A stretch of DNA of 62,999 nt, filler included, from Sphacelaria rigidula (taxonomy: Eukaryota), in the NCBI GenBank assembly GCA_964200075.2. It is 7 parts of 7 records of this genome, joined end to end, with 100 filler letters (N's around TTAATTAATTAA, not from the genome) between each part and the next. Parts side by side here need not be neighbours in the genome. Positions count along the whole stretch, not along the records: positions 1 to 8,916 come from CAXNAA020009762.1; positions 9,017 to 17,931 come from CAXNAA020009763.1; 5 more parts are not named here. One strand, given 5' to 3'. This document shows, in pieces, positions 1-12,100 of this stretch. The notes under the pieces are model-generated. The model was not told the origin of the DNA. It made no database searches and was given only the letters and a program-made list of their open reading frames with translations. Numbering within the stretch: the stretch's first letter is position 1; every line of letters begins with the position of its first letter. The position numbers and the translations under genes were made by a program.

Positions 1-2741
1 ATCCCGAGGAAGGGGAGGGGTTCAAAGTGCGAGGAGAAAAAAAAAGAGTGCAAGGAAAGTGAAACGATTGAGATCTACCGTGCACAAAGGAGCCTAAACG
101 AATATGCACAGACACGTGCAGCCACAGCGCATTGCAGGTATAGAACGTTCCCGTCATGGAGAATTGGCCCGCTAATCGCTGATGCTCGAGACTTCTCTTT
201 TTTTCTTCTTTGGAAATCTCTGTCTAATTTTTTCATGGCCTCGTTTCGCATGAGCGGGCCGATAATGTTCTGATTTTCAAAGGGGAACCTGTTGTTACAC
301 GGGCATTCCTTCAAAATTACAGGAAGCGCGGCCGTGTGCTAGCCGAAAACGCCGCCAATGATGCAACAGTTGGCCATGTGTGGTTGTTTTAATATGAGCC
401 GATTTGACCGAGACCAAAGACATCGTACTCAGCTGATTAACAGCCACGGCTCGAGCTACGCATGGTTTGGCCAAGGACAGAGGGCCTACGATATTAAACT
501 GTGCTTGTGTCTTAGGTCTGAGTCACATCAATATTTGTGTCGCCTTGAGCTTCGCGCGTAATGCTCCCGCACGAGCAAAGCGTTTCTCCGGGAGGAAAAG
601 TGTTCTTCAACACGCAAGATACACTTCTTGACAGAGCCTGTTAAAACGGAAGAAACAAATTTGAAAATGTTTGGTTTTGGGCGTGGGGTGGTATTACAGG
701 AGCTGATCACGGGTATTTTTCAGGAGGAGTGTTCGGGCGACACTAATATTTTGTCTGTTCGGATATGGTCTTAGCTCAAACTTTATTGCTTGCTTGTACA
801 GCAGGACACAGGAACATAGAGCATGACGCAATACCATACCCGCCCCTCGCTCGTGGTTTTCAATTTCACCTCAACGGACGGGATCCCTCCCTTTCTCGAG
901 TACATGAATGATCATCCCTGACCACAATCCCATTCCCCAAATGTAGCGGAGTTTAGCTTGAGACTTCATGTGGCTTACGTTCATCTTCGTTCCTACCAAG
1001 TGCCATGTAAAGCAAATCAATCTTTGAATCCCTGTTCCCCCGCTCACCCTCCCCCCCTCCATCCCGCCCGCCCTCACAAGGCGTACAGTCAAACTTGAAT
1101 TTCCAGTCGGATTATGACAAAATGTGGCGAACGTACATGTTGAATTCTTCAGTCGGTTGTCGATGAAACGTGGGCTGGGGCGTTGGCTGGGTTGTACTTG
1201 TTGTGCGGCTGGGCTGGACTGTACACTGTACGCGTGCTATGATGAGCTACAGTCAGGAAATTACAAGCGGTGGACAAATCAGATCAAAGGCATACTAGGT
1301 AAACATGCGCTGTGTTTCGGGCTCAACGACTGATTGTCCGCGCCGAGATGGTGAAACTGAAAGGGATGCCTGGGTTCACGTCGAGCTATTGAAGCATTTT
1401 TGTGTGTGGTACATGCCTTGCAGAGGTACGAGGGCCGCGGGACACTCTGCTAATCAACTATCGAGTTGGATGCTATACACCATGTACTAATACGCCCAAC
1501 CCACCCCCTTCCCCGTCGCTCCCCTCCCCTCCCCCGACCCTGCCCCTCTAGCGCTGTTGCCTAAAATTGCAGGCTAACTGTAATTAATCAAGAGCCGAGG
1601 AAAAGCATACCGTGTTCCGGCAAAAGTTGCATAGCGCAGTGCAGTGTGGAGCGCACGACAAGAACTCACTGTTGGCGCGGGCAAAGGGGGCGGAGGGCAA
1701 GGGAACGCTGCAAAGCCTGGTGAATTGGTCTATAATAGACGAGAATAAAACTCATGCCGAAAACTCCGACTCAGCGACCGTTGTTTCGGGGCAGGGATCG
1801 TGATGACATAGATAATTTTCAACACATGGATGGATGCATGTTCCTTGTTGCCACAGGCGTCGGCGTCTCGGGGAATGACAGATTGCCTGACAGACGGACA
1901 AAAGACCGCACGATGAAAAATACATCCCCTGACATTGCCGCTTGATTGCGTTTAAACAAAGTTTGGCAATTGAAGCCAAGGCTTCTAGACAGAGCGTTGC
2001 CACAATACGTAATTTTGCGCACCGAGACAAAGAGCGCGTCTCTGGCGTTGCCCGTGTTTACCGGTGCACAACAGCAGCCTAGATCTAGACCATGCACAGA
2101 TCTGGAGAAGAAAGGGTTGTGGCTCTACCAGCGCACAAAATATGGGAACTTGCACAATCTCATGCAATACCTGTATGTTGTTCCAAGAAAGCGCTATACT
2201 CCCAGCAATTATCTTGCTTCTCCGTGTCAAGTCCAAGGTTTTTGACCAAAAACTCTCTTTCCCCTGGATGGCAAGCGGTGTGCACAGAGAGTCCGTACGG
2301 CATAAACTTTAGTATGACTAAGCTAATGCGGTACTTTAATTTGGAGCCCGGATACCACTACGTATAATCTTTCTATCTCTCTTGAAGCAGTATATCTCCT
2401 ACCATTCTTCAAATCCTATCTGCTTATATAACCTTGTAAATGAGTGCTAGCTACCTAATGAATATGACGTGGGAGATACACGGAGATATATCATATTGTG
2501 TAGATCTAAGTACCGCATGACTGACGGAACTATCCTTGTTTTGAACCTACTGTGGTCATGTAAAACACGAATATACATCGGATTACACTTCTTTATCGGA
2601 TAAACTCTCTACGTGATATTATTACAAAGCAGAATCACATCACTTGCGCTTCCCCCAACGAGCCACAGTGAGATCGCAGAGAAGCAGGGACAGCGATACA
2701 CTACGTGTAAGCAAGGTCAGGCGCATACCAACGCGGACGCA

Positions 2742-2772
2742 ATGGTTTCGTTCAAGCAGGAGCACTCAGCAG
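2742..2772 (+). CDS. ATG8: Autophagy protein ATG8, exon 1 (MVSFKQEHSA + 1 nt)
   Basis: ATG at 2742 gives the typical ATG8 N-terminal FKxEH motif and ends at the donor G|GTACGT (phase 1). It joins exon 2 in frame as G|AT = Asp. Confidence 0.88.
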
Positions 2773-4238
2773 GTACGTAAACATCCGTTTATGTGAAAAC
2801 AAAGTCAGCTTATTTTGTTATGACACCTATTTTCATCTCATCAAGCAGCTCAGACTCGCGTGAGAATGTTGTTCAACGTCCAACAGCACACCACTTCCAT
2901 AGCACGGTCACGGTGGTGCGCACCCGGCGGAGAACGTATGCCCTAACACATTCCCCTTTTAAACTTGCTTGTCTGGTTCCTTGGGCGGCGAGGAAGGCAT
3001 ACAAGAGACGGGGTCATTTCATGCCATTTGTTTCTTTCGAGCTCTCCCTTCTGCGGAACGACGCCCACTATAGTACATACAGACAGTACTGAATAACAGT
3101 CACTGGTGCAGTAGCACAATAGTACAAGTACTGTTGTAGTCTCCAACATGCGGCGTATTCTGCTCACTCCAAAACAACACCCGAGCAAGGCTCATCCACG
3201 TGGCAGTTGAACTTACGCGGTTGGTCTTAACTGCGCCCCTCACCCCCCCCCTTCGTGCATGCGCGACTTCGGTGTCGAGCATGTCGTTGGTGTTGTCGGG
3301 TTGCTTTGCCAAGAAGGGGTGCTGTGGTACATGATGGAGCATTTTCACCTTCTTCCAAAAATCAGACATCGAATTGTCCCCGTTGCTGAAAGTACCTTGA
3401 AACAGTCCAGGTCTCTACTGGTTTGCGCGGAGATACCACGCCCTAGATCGCGACATAACGCAGTCCTGCCTTTGTCCACTTCTATCAAGAATTGCAGACT
3501 TCGTACAATCGGCTTTATCGTCGAACCGTTGCTAGCCAGCCTGCTTGTCGGGGGCAAAGAAAATGAGAGTTGCCACGTTTTTTTTTCAAGAGGTGTTTCG
3601 AGCGAGACATTCAAAACGAAATTGAAGTTGATGTTCAAAGCAGAATGTTGACGAAGTACGACCTGGTGCGGTTTCTTGTTGTTCCAATCCGCGAAACAGC
3701 GCAGTTCTTCCTTCCCCGAGATGATCCTCTGAGTATTATTGGGTAAATAAAAGACAGTGAAACCAGGAAGTACAGGGATATTGGTCGCTTGATACGTCAC
3801 CGCCTCCCCGCTCCCTTTTACGTTCATATCTTCACCTTCTACCTTTCCTGCAAGCCTCCAAGTTCCAGGCTGTTTACGGTGAAACCCGGCGACGAAAGTA
3901 CCACGCACTTATGGGGATGGGGTAAAATTCGAGTCTGGAGACCGAATAGCGTGGAGCTGTCTTGTCTACCATCAGCACTCTTCACCCCCGTCTTTTTGAT
4001 ACCCCACTGTACGTTGTACCTTGCTGACGTGTTGTGATGTCGTGGAGTTGGGGTGAACGTAATTTGAACCCTGGCTCGTTCCACTGCTCTCTGTCGCAGA
4101 GTACTTACCCCCCCGAGGTTACCCCTTATCCCGTGAGGGAAATTTACATCTCATGTAGAAAAACCTACGCAGTACTTTTTTTTATCCTGCCAATTCCTCT
4201 TTTCCCAAGCAGCGTTCATCGTGGCGTGTTGATAATGT

Positions 4239-5137
4239 CAGGGGCAGGTCGAGTAGAGTATGTACTTTTGAGTACTCAGTAAAATACTCAAGTATGTACT
4301 CTTCTAAAAATGTGAGTAAATCAAGTACTTCCTCGGTGCCATAAGTAAAGTTCGTTATGATTACACGGGCCCTTGACGCTGTGATATTTGATTTTCGATC
4401 TTATCATTGCATTCGTATGCGTTTTTTTAGCTATTGTACAACCATCATTTTTTTTACAACGTGGGTGCTTGGCCCATGCATCCGCGCGGCCGAGAAAAAG
4501 TAGGTCGGTCCAAAAACGGTCATTTTTCGCTCGTCTTCACAGGAAAGTATGAGGGACCATGGAACACGAGAAATCACGAAAAATGGGCCACAAAATGTGA
4601 AAATCGCAAAACCACCATTGATTTTGCACATGTCCGTGATTTTCACCTACGCACGCCCCATCCAACATTTTGTTAGCATGTAATTGCTAGTACTCGATGT
4701 GAAAACGTCCAAAATCGACCAATGATGGGCGTATAAATGGATCAAAAAGGATCAAAATGGGGTATATTTCGACATGATTTTGGTGATGAAAACGAGTTTC
4801 TTTTTTCGCTTTTGTTTCTTCACCAGCTTTGTTCGCGCTTCACCTCTCTAACGAATCCGACCATAGAGTGATCGTCAACGTTGGAATACGCAAACGATTA
4901 AACGCCCATAACGTACTTTACTTATGGCACAGAGGAAGTACGACCTCAAATAATCTACTCAAATTTCGAGTACGTCGAGTACGGCCTCAAATACTCCACT
5001 TGAATTATGAGTAGGTTGAGTATGACCTCAAATGCTCCACTCAAATAGTGAGTAAGCACTCTCAGTAATACTCGGGTAGAGAGTTTCACATGAGTATGAC
5101 CTCAATACTCTACTCGAAATTATGGAGTTTTTCGCTC
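4239..5137. mobile_element. Degenerate copy of the GAGTA/TACTC-rich hAT-like element, inside ATG8 intron 1
   Basis: Starts CAGGGGCAGGTCGAGTAGAGTATGTACTTTTGAGTACTC, nearly the reverse complement of the right end of the 23588-25250 element. The same subterminal repeats recur at ~4910-5130. The far boundary is approximate. Confidence 0.65.
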
Positions 5138-5834
5138 AAGTGTGGGAAGTTGCACTCTCTGTGATGTACCGTACGGTACAGCGCACTGATGGGGCGCTCA
5201 AGATCAAGGAGAAGTGACTTGCCACAACTTCTCGACGTTTGCAACAAACGCATCAAAAACGTGATGTTTGTGATCCTCAAGGCAAGGTAGGCCTGCGCCT
5301 TTTCAATCCCACGGGTTTCCACTGAGACGTCTCGCTCTGTTGATTGTGTAGTTTGTAGTTGCAGAGTGGTGCGACTCAAAACTTACCATGCTGCTACTGG
5401 TTACACTGCAAGCATAGCTTGTGTTACCCGTATGTCGAATTACGCAAAAGATCACAAGACCACCGCCCGCCATGCGTGTCGACCGCGTACAGTAACAGGA
5501 GCTCCACAGCAGAAATGAAATTAAACTGAAAGAGAAAAATGACCTAGTTGACCGTGGACCCTATCTTGTCTGGGTTTGCACATCCCCCAACCTGCCGCTG
5601 CTACTGCAACTCTTTCGGCACAAAATAACACAGCTCCGTCCAGCACAAGTTGTTTTAACTACCTGTAGCACGTGGACCCCGAGCAGCATCAAAGGCAGTG
5701 ATTTTAGTAGTAGCTGCATTGGTCGTGGTACGCAAGGCAGTGACGGTCATCACAGCGGCACAAACCCCGTCGAACCAAACCGGAGAATGACTGTGGTGTT
5801 CGCCCAATAGGTTTATGAGGGCCAACCTTCACTG

Positions 5835-6190
5835 TTGTTTGTGTATGTGTGTATGTTGCAATCCTATCCGTTCTGAACGCCGGTCCACACCTTTCGGTAT
5901 AGGTGGGCGCTCATCAGCCGGGGTCACACAGGAGGAAGGCCGACATCAGAGTTTTTTTTTTATTACTCCACCTTCCTCCTGCGGTGCTTGTTTTGTCTTT
6001 ATCGCGAGGGGGGTTCAGCGGTCCCTTTCCATCGTCGACCGTGACGTCGAATTTTGTGTACCCACGACATGGTCGCTCCCCACTTTTGGGCATGGTGTGA
6101 GAAAATCCTACATCGTGTGACTTCACCGAGATGTGCACCCACGACCCAATCGTTAGAAAGTTTGAAGATTATCAACCGAGCCACCGGGGC
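5835..6190 (-). mobile_element. tRNA-headed SINE copy
   Basis: Shares the core GCCGGGGTCACACAGGAGGAAGGCC and the head GAGCCACCGGGGC with the copies at 32807 and 36947. Confidence 0.8.
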
Positions 6191-7485
6191 CACTGACCAG
6201 CTTCACTGTCTCGTACGAAGCGTTGGGATTTGGGGTTAATGATTTACAGAAGCAGCCAGGTGCTGCTTGAAGATGTACTCACAGACTCGTCACATATTGC
6301 CCGTACTGTATGGGGTCACGACCTTGATGATGACACCGCCGCTGAATGAAAAAAAACGAAAACAAATGTACTGCATAATATATGAGCCAAACGACGGACG
6401 AAAAAAAAGAGAGAATATCGGGATTCGAACTCATGACCTCCACAATTCAAGTCTCTAATCACTCGATCAAAGGGGTGCAGCAACGTCACGCAAAACGTTG
6501 CACGCACGGCCCGATTCGACGACTCTTGAGCTGAAATTTCACGAAGACCTTCTGCATCCAAGGAAATGATAGATGACGGGAGCAGCTGCAGATTCTCGTT
6601 TTTCCCTGAAGTCATGACATAATCTTGTTTTTGCTGAAATTTCAAATCCCCATAACTCCCTTTTTTTTTGCTGCTCTCGTCATATCCTGTATGTCGATCA
6701 TAATAAGCTGCTGTCAAAATTTCAACGTCCAACTCTTAATTTCACGCTGTGCGTCGCCCGAGCGAGAAAACTACCCACTGATGGCTGACCCAGTTCGGAG
6801 ATAATCTAGGAAAAGTGAATCCCTCGTGTGAGAATGGAAGTGTCGCAGAGAGATGAACATCCGGAATGCGTTGACCTTCTGATGAAAAATATTAAAAGAA
6901 TCTGTCAGCGTTGGCAAAGGGCGATCGAGTCTGACCCGACGATCAACTGTTGTGGAGAAATGCGAGTTACCACTAGCGCAATCATTGAACGTGGACCACG
7001 TCGTGAAGAAATCTGCCCTGTACGTACTGAAACCGGACAAAATCCCGAAGACCAGGGTGATCTTGCTGTGCGCCATGGACACCACTGATGACTCAACTGT
7101 GGTGAATCCCTCCGCACTCGCCTTTTTGACCGCGAAGGTCGTCATTGTTTACGAGTGACATTTTGTTTCGCTAATATCATCACTTGACAGAACACACGAT
7201 CACTCCGACACGGGGTAGGTGTCTCGCTGTGCAGGAATGGAAGGTGACATTCAGCCCTCTCGTGTTGACCAGCCAGCTCTTGTCCGCGCCGAAGGCACGT
7301 TCATCATCTTTCGACTCATCAATCAAGTTTCAAATCTTCATGAAATCTGGGGTTGGATGTGGTGTGTTTTTCGAGCGACAACTGAAGTGTACAATTGTTT
7401 CCCCGTCGTCTGTGTGCCCCTTGTTTGCTTCACGACCACGTGTCTTGGTGCTCTGTCACCCTGCTCCTTTTTCTCTCATTTGCAG

Positions 7486-7541
7486 ATAAGCGGAAGTCAG
7501 AAGCCGAGCGCATCCGTGCCAAGTACCCTGATCGCATCCCG
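7486..7541 (+). CDS. ATG8: ATG8 exon 2 (DKRKSEAERIRAKYPDRIP)
   Basis: Polypyrimidine tract plus TGCAG acceptor, canonical ATG8 peptide IRAKYPDRIP, GTGAG donor (phase 0). Confidence 0.96.
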
Positions 7542-8356
7542 GTGAGAATACATTTTCGATTCGATTCATATATATCACGGAAGTCGAGGTTCGTTTGGTA
7601 CCCAACTCGTCGCCAAGTTTCATGGTTGGAACATCCTTCTTCGGTCGGACATTACCTCAAATACAGGGTTCCCCGACAAACCTCGGGTCAGGGGGGTGGG
7701 GCGGGGGCCCTAGGCAAGGCGCGCGTTGGCGAACCCCGAACGACGCATGCGCCGATTCGAGAGCTATAGTGCATGCTAAGCACGCTGGCAAGCACCGGTT
7801 ACTGTCAGCCTCGTGAAAATCCGAATGCTTTTTTGTACATAGAAACCAAGTATATCTTCAACCACTGGATTTGGCGACTGGTTTCGGTCAAGTGTGTTGA
7901 GGTGTGGAAATTATAGATGCTAAGCTAGCTCTCTTCCCCCCCCCCTGATGTCCAATGGTGTGACAATTGCATGAACAATACGCTTGTGGCGTTTGGCACT
8001 CGCGCGCTCCTCTTCGCCTAGTGGGTGTTGTGTTGGGAAAAGCCGATTCATCAGTAGATTTTTTATTTTGCCAGCTTTACTCGGTCATTGTCCATGCTGG
8101 AGGAGAAGGCCTTCTCTGCTGCTTCGATCTGTCGCTTCATGTCTCATGGGAAGGGATGGAACCGTGCTTGTATATTAGGCCGGGCTTCAAATGCGACCCT
8201 TCATGTTCCGCAGTGGTCAGCACACTCCCCGCGTGGGCGTGTTTCGTATGTACCGGTTGATCGATGTTCTTGATTGATTCAATGTGACGTAGTAATCAGC
8301 GTCCCCGTGGATACGATATGTCACTGTAACGCCCGGGTGGTACTCTCGCAATGCAG

Positions 8357-8438
8357 GTGATATGCGAAAAGGCGGACCGGAGTGACATCCCCGACATCGA
8401 CAAAAAGAAGTACCTGGTACCGGCAGACCTAAGCACAG
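8357..8438 (+). CDS. ATG8: ATG8 exon 3 ([27 protein letters not shown]+G); gene incomplete, contig ends at 8916
   Basis: TGCAG acceptor (phase 0), conserved [16 protein letters not shown], donor G|GTACGG. No C-terminal exons found in this contig. Confidence 0.95.
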
Positions 8439-8916
8439 GTACGGGACGGGTGAGATTTCGTGTCGGAAGAAATGACGCATTTGGTTGTTGGCAGAGATTG
8501 ATGCCAAGGTGCGTGATTTGCGTGATGCGTATTCGGCTCACATGAAACCACAGTTCAGCAGGTTGATACAAGCTTTGTATTTCGTCTGTTTCCAATCAGT
8601 CGTTTTTAGGTTCGGCCTCCAAAAGCGGAGGTTGGAAGATAGCTCCACTTTACGGCACTTGATTTCCGTGCTACCCCGCGGTACGCTATATTCGGTAGTT
8701 GTGAATGTGGGCGATACGGGGATGATCGTACTGCGTAGTGTTTGAATCGTGAGGCACCCATGAGGCAGCGTATAAGGCAACTCATTGTGGGCTGCCACCC
8801 TAATGCAAGATGATCAGTAGTCGGCGTCGGGCCGAACATTCTTAGCAGGATGTAGCCCACCCTTCATGCGAGTCGCCGAACACACCACGGCGCTTCGCGC
8901 TTGGTGATTGAGTGCG

Positions 8917-9016
8917 NNNNNNNNNNNNNNNNNNNNNNNNNNNNNNNNNNNNNNNNNNNNTTAATTAATTAANNNNNNNNNNNNNNNNNNNNNNNNNNNN
9001 NNNNNNNNNNNNNNNN
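8917..9016. other. Artificial contig spacer N44-TTAATTAATTAA-N44
   Basis: 100-bp linker carrying stop codons in all six frames. Confidence 0.99.
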
Positions 9017-9070
9017 TTTTGGCTGTCTGTGGTGCTTGCGTCGTCGGTGCCGGATCGCGTCGGCGCCGGG

Positions 9071-9190
9071 GTGGGGGGGGGGGGGGCGTATTCATTTGTT
9101 GCTTCCCTGCCTCAGTCGTTCAAAGATCCAACCGTTGACCACGAACTCCTCTCGAGACTCAGCAAGGGCATGTCATGGGAGGGTGTGAAA
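9071..9190 (-). mobile_element. Degenerate LINE 3'-end fragment
   Basis: GGGGGCGTATTCATTTGTTGCTT is the reverse complement of the ...AAGCAACAAATGAGTAC-CCCC end seen at 41807-41829. Confidence 0.55.
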
Positions 9191-9787
9191 AGTGAGAGCA
9201 GAAGCCGTGCTTTAAACTAATGGTCATGTTCTCCATTCTCCGTACCGCTTTGCCGGCTAAAGTATATATTTTACACTGCTGGTGGAATTTGGTATATTCA
9301 TTTCGTTTTTGAAACGTATAATTAACCTCGACAAAACAAAACAAACTATTCGTAATGAAAATGAACCGTTACTTTGGACTCTTCGTAGAGCCTACACGTC
9401 AGTAAAGCTTGTTTACGCGAGTCTTACAAATTCCATCGTTGAATGAGCGGAAACTTGGTTCTAGCGTAGGCCGGTCACATTTGGATCTTCTGGGGGGTGT
9501 CAATCTCAGATGCGCGCAAGCGTGTGCAGGACGCATATTTGCTCCAATCGGCGCCTACGGCACTCTCTAACAATGCACACGCTGCTTAGATCATCGCACA
9601 GATGTCCACTGCCTGAGGATTCTTGGCATGCCTTGGGTTGGTTCTGGGGTTAGGGTCAGGGTTAGCCCCAGGGTTTGGACAAATAAAAACAAAGTATGGT
9701 CAATCATGGAATTTGTCGACCAGTTTGCATGAATGTGTATCACAGCTTCACCTCGACAACTTCATCAACCCTCTCCCCCATGACACT

Positions 9788-9836
9788 GTGGTCAACGGTC
9801 AAACGACCAAGGCGAACAACAAATGAGTACGCCTCC
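9788..9836 (+). mobile_element. Short LINE 3'-end fragment
   Basis: GTGGTCAACGGTCAAACGACCAAGGCGAACAACAAATGAGTACGCC encodes VVNGQTTKANNK*, matching the 41781-41829 tail. Confidence 0.65.
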
Positions 9837-10741
9837 TATGACACTGTGATTCGGACTCGGCCTCGCTTTACGCCAGAACTATCGTACCCAGCTGCTTACT
9901 CTGGTGTAGGGGATGATCATTGAACGAGGACGGACCCATTTCCGACCATTACTCATACTAACAATCATCATTCGGTAACACAACACCGAACACTTCGATG
10001 TGTTTATTTTTAGGTAAAAAACGGTTTCAGGTATGCTTGGACGCCTGTCAGCCAAAAAGAGGTTTTCCGACCCTGTGACAGGCGGGAATGAATACATAGC
10101 CGAGTTCCCATTTTTCAAGACGAACACCCAAGAATAACATTCCTGTTTCCTTTTTTTCTTCTCCATTTTCCCGAATCTGGCGCTGAAGGCTACTTCTTAT
10201 GTATAAAAAAACTCTACCAGAAAACGCGTTTTTGATAAATGACCAAAAAGTCACTTATTATGTGATCAGAAAACGCATTTTTCTGATAGAATTTTTTCTG
10301 ATAACATTTCATGATAGCCCAAAATTATCAGAAGAACAAGAATTTGAGATAACCTCGGGCTATCAAAAAATGTTATCGAAAAAGCGTTTGAACCTCATTT
10401 CAGCACGTTTGCACACACATTACAGCCCACGACAGCACCTGTGATGGCTTGCCTGCCATCACTACCACTGCTATCGCTGGTGCATTATTGTCCTTCGCGC
10501 GCCAGTAGCGTGGTGGCCCTTTACCCCATGAGTCCGCCGAGGCTTTTGGTATCAACCGCGAATTCGCCCACGATAGCACACAGAGTCACGCGGAAAAACC
10601 GCCGAGTCATGCACGCCAAAAGCACCCTCAACACCATGCACACGAAAGTCCTACCGAGCACGGCGTACCCAGCAAGGCGGAAAACAGACGGTGCTACTAC
10701 GTGTGGGGGAGAAGTGTCGGCGATGGTCGAGGTTCTACAAG

Positions 10742-10814
10742 GGGCTCGTAGGCTAATGGATAAGCCGCCTCCCTTCGAAGGAGGATATTGTCGGTTCGAG
10801 TCCGGCCGAGCTCG
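10742..10814 (+). tRNA. tRNA-Arg, anticodon UCG
   Basis: Complete cloverleaf: acceptor GGGCTCG/CGAGCTC, D-arm GGCT-AATGGATA-AGCC, anticodon arm CCTCC-CTTCGAA-GGAGG (TCG at 10775-10777), T-arm GTCGG-TTCGAGT-CCGGC. 73 nt, no encoded CCA. Confidence 0.96.
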
Positions 10815-10833
10815 TAATGATTGCCCTTGAATA

Positions 10834-10838
10834 TTTTT
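10834..10838 (+). terminator. Probable RNA polymerase III oligo-T terminator of the tRNA-Arg
   Basis: T5 run 20 nt after the discriminator base, followed by further T-rich sequence. Confidence 0.65.
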
Positions 10839-12100
10839 CTTTTCTACATTGTTATTTTTTTTATTTTTAGTCGACCAGTCTGTTTGCTTCTTTGTTTCTT
10901 AGTATGTTGTTTCTGATTCACTTTAATTTTGTTTGTCGTTCTTCAGTCTACTTTTTTACCTGTTTGTTTGTCTCCGCTTTTCTTTTTCTAGAGCTTCCGG
11001 AACCCTTTCGGGACCGGGCCTCCAGAACGACCAATGAGGCTGGTTGGGAATAACGTGTCTGGTGTCTGCACGAAACAGTGGCGTGTTGCTCAAAATCCGC
11101 GTATGTAACCGCGGAGTATGACGAAGACCGAAATTTTCACCCAATCTATTTTCAGGTGCAGGGTGCGCATTAGGGAATAATGCACACCTGATGTAGCAAG
11201 CAGTATGGATCGCGGTAGTGAGCTTTCAACAGGATGCTGCGACCGGCGGCGGGCCGCCCGCCACTTGTGGCTTTGTGTGATATTATTGTCCGCATCAACT
11301 TGCAACACAGCCCCTTGTGATCGGGGTGGGCCGCCATTTCCCCCTTTGTTGCATGCGGCAAATTCTCTTCGAAAGGTGTCAGCGTTGCGGCGCGCATACA
11401 CACAGTGTAGTACAGAACAGTGCAGTACGCCTCTCCGACTGCAGCAGCAGCTGCCGCTGCATAGTCCCCTACACGTTCTGGGCAGTTCTCAGCTACCGAG
11501 ATCAATTGCCTACATACCGCTTCTTCATCCCCGCCCACAACATACATGTTCACTGCACACTGCTAGTCATCGGCAGAGGGACAAACAGAATTCATGACGG
11601 TAGCTTCTTTTGTCTTTCCACGGCCCACCTGGGTTTAGTGCCGCGTGAGAATGACCACATCATGGCATGTACACTCCTTCCCGGTTTGTCCCACTCCACC
11701 CTGTGTTAGTGTAGTTACTGTGTTTTAGTATAGGCTGGCGACCCAAAAAAACTTCCGGAAAACCTCGGGAACGCTTTACTGAATGCATGCAATACCATAA
11801 GACCAAGCTCTTACCACCCTGCATTTGGAAACCTGGGAGGGCTTATGTGGGCCAGGGATAGGGCTCCCACACGATCTTTGCAGTGGTATCACACTCGGCA
11901 ACAGTCCCCGCGCTGATCGTTCGGATCTGGTCGATAAATTACGCCTCGCCGTGATTGAGCAGGTCGCTCCCTGACTTATTTTTATTATTTCACGAACACA
12001 GGGTCCCGTGAGGATTAACACCACTCCTCACGAGGCAAAACAAAACACAAACACACACACACACACATCAAGAAACATTTACATATATATTCCACAGGGA

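Noticed and set aside
1754..2312. Consecutive same-frame ORFs, possibly a decayed retroelement
   Set aside because: No recognisable gag, protease, integrase or RT motif, so no call is supportable.
8961..8972. TTAATTAATTAA recurring every ~9014 bp
   Set aside because: Synthetic six-frame-stop linker inside N runs, not a biological periodicity.
10259..10279. YVIRKRI peptide, identical to the ATG8 segment expected in the next exon
   Set aside because: It lies on a different contig in AT-rich, repeat-like sequence. It lacks GQF before and KAIF-like residues after, and has only a poor AAAAAG acceptor. Most likely a chance match.
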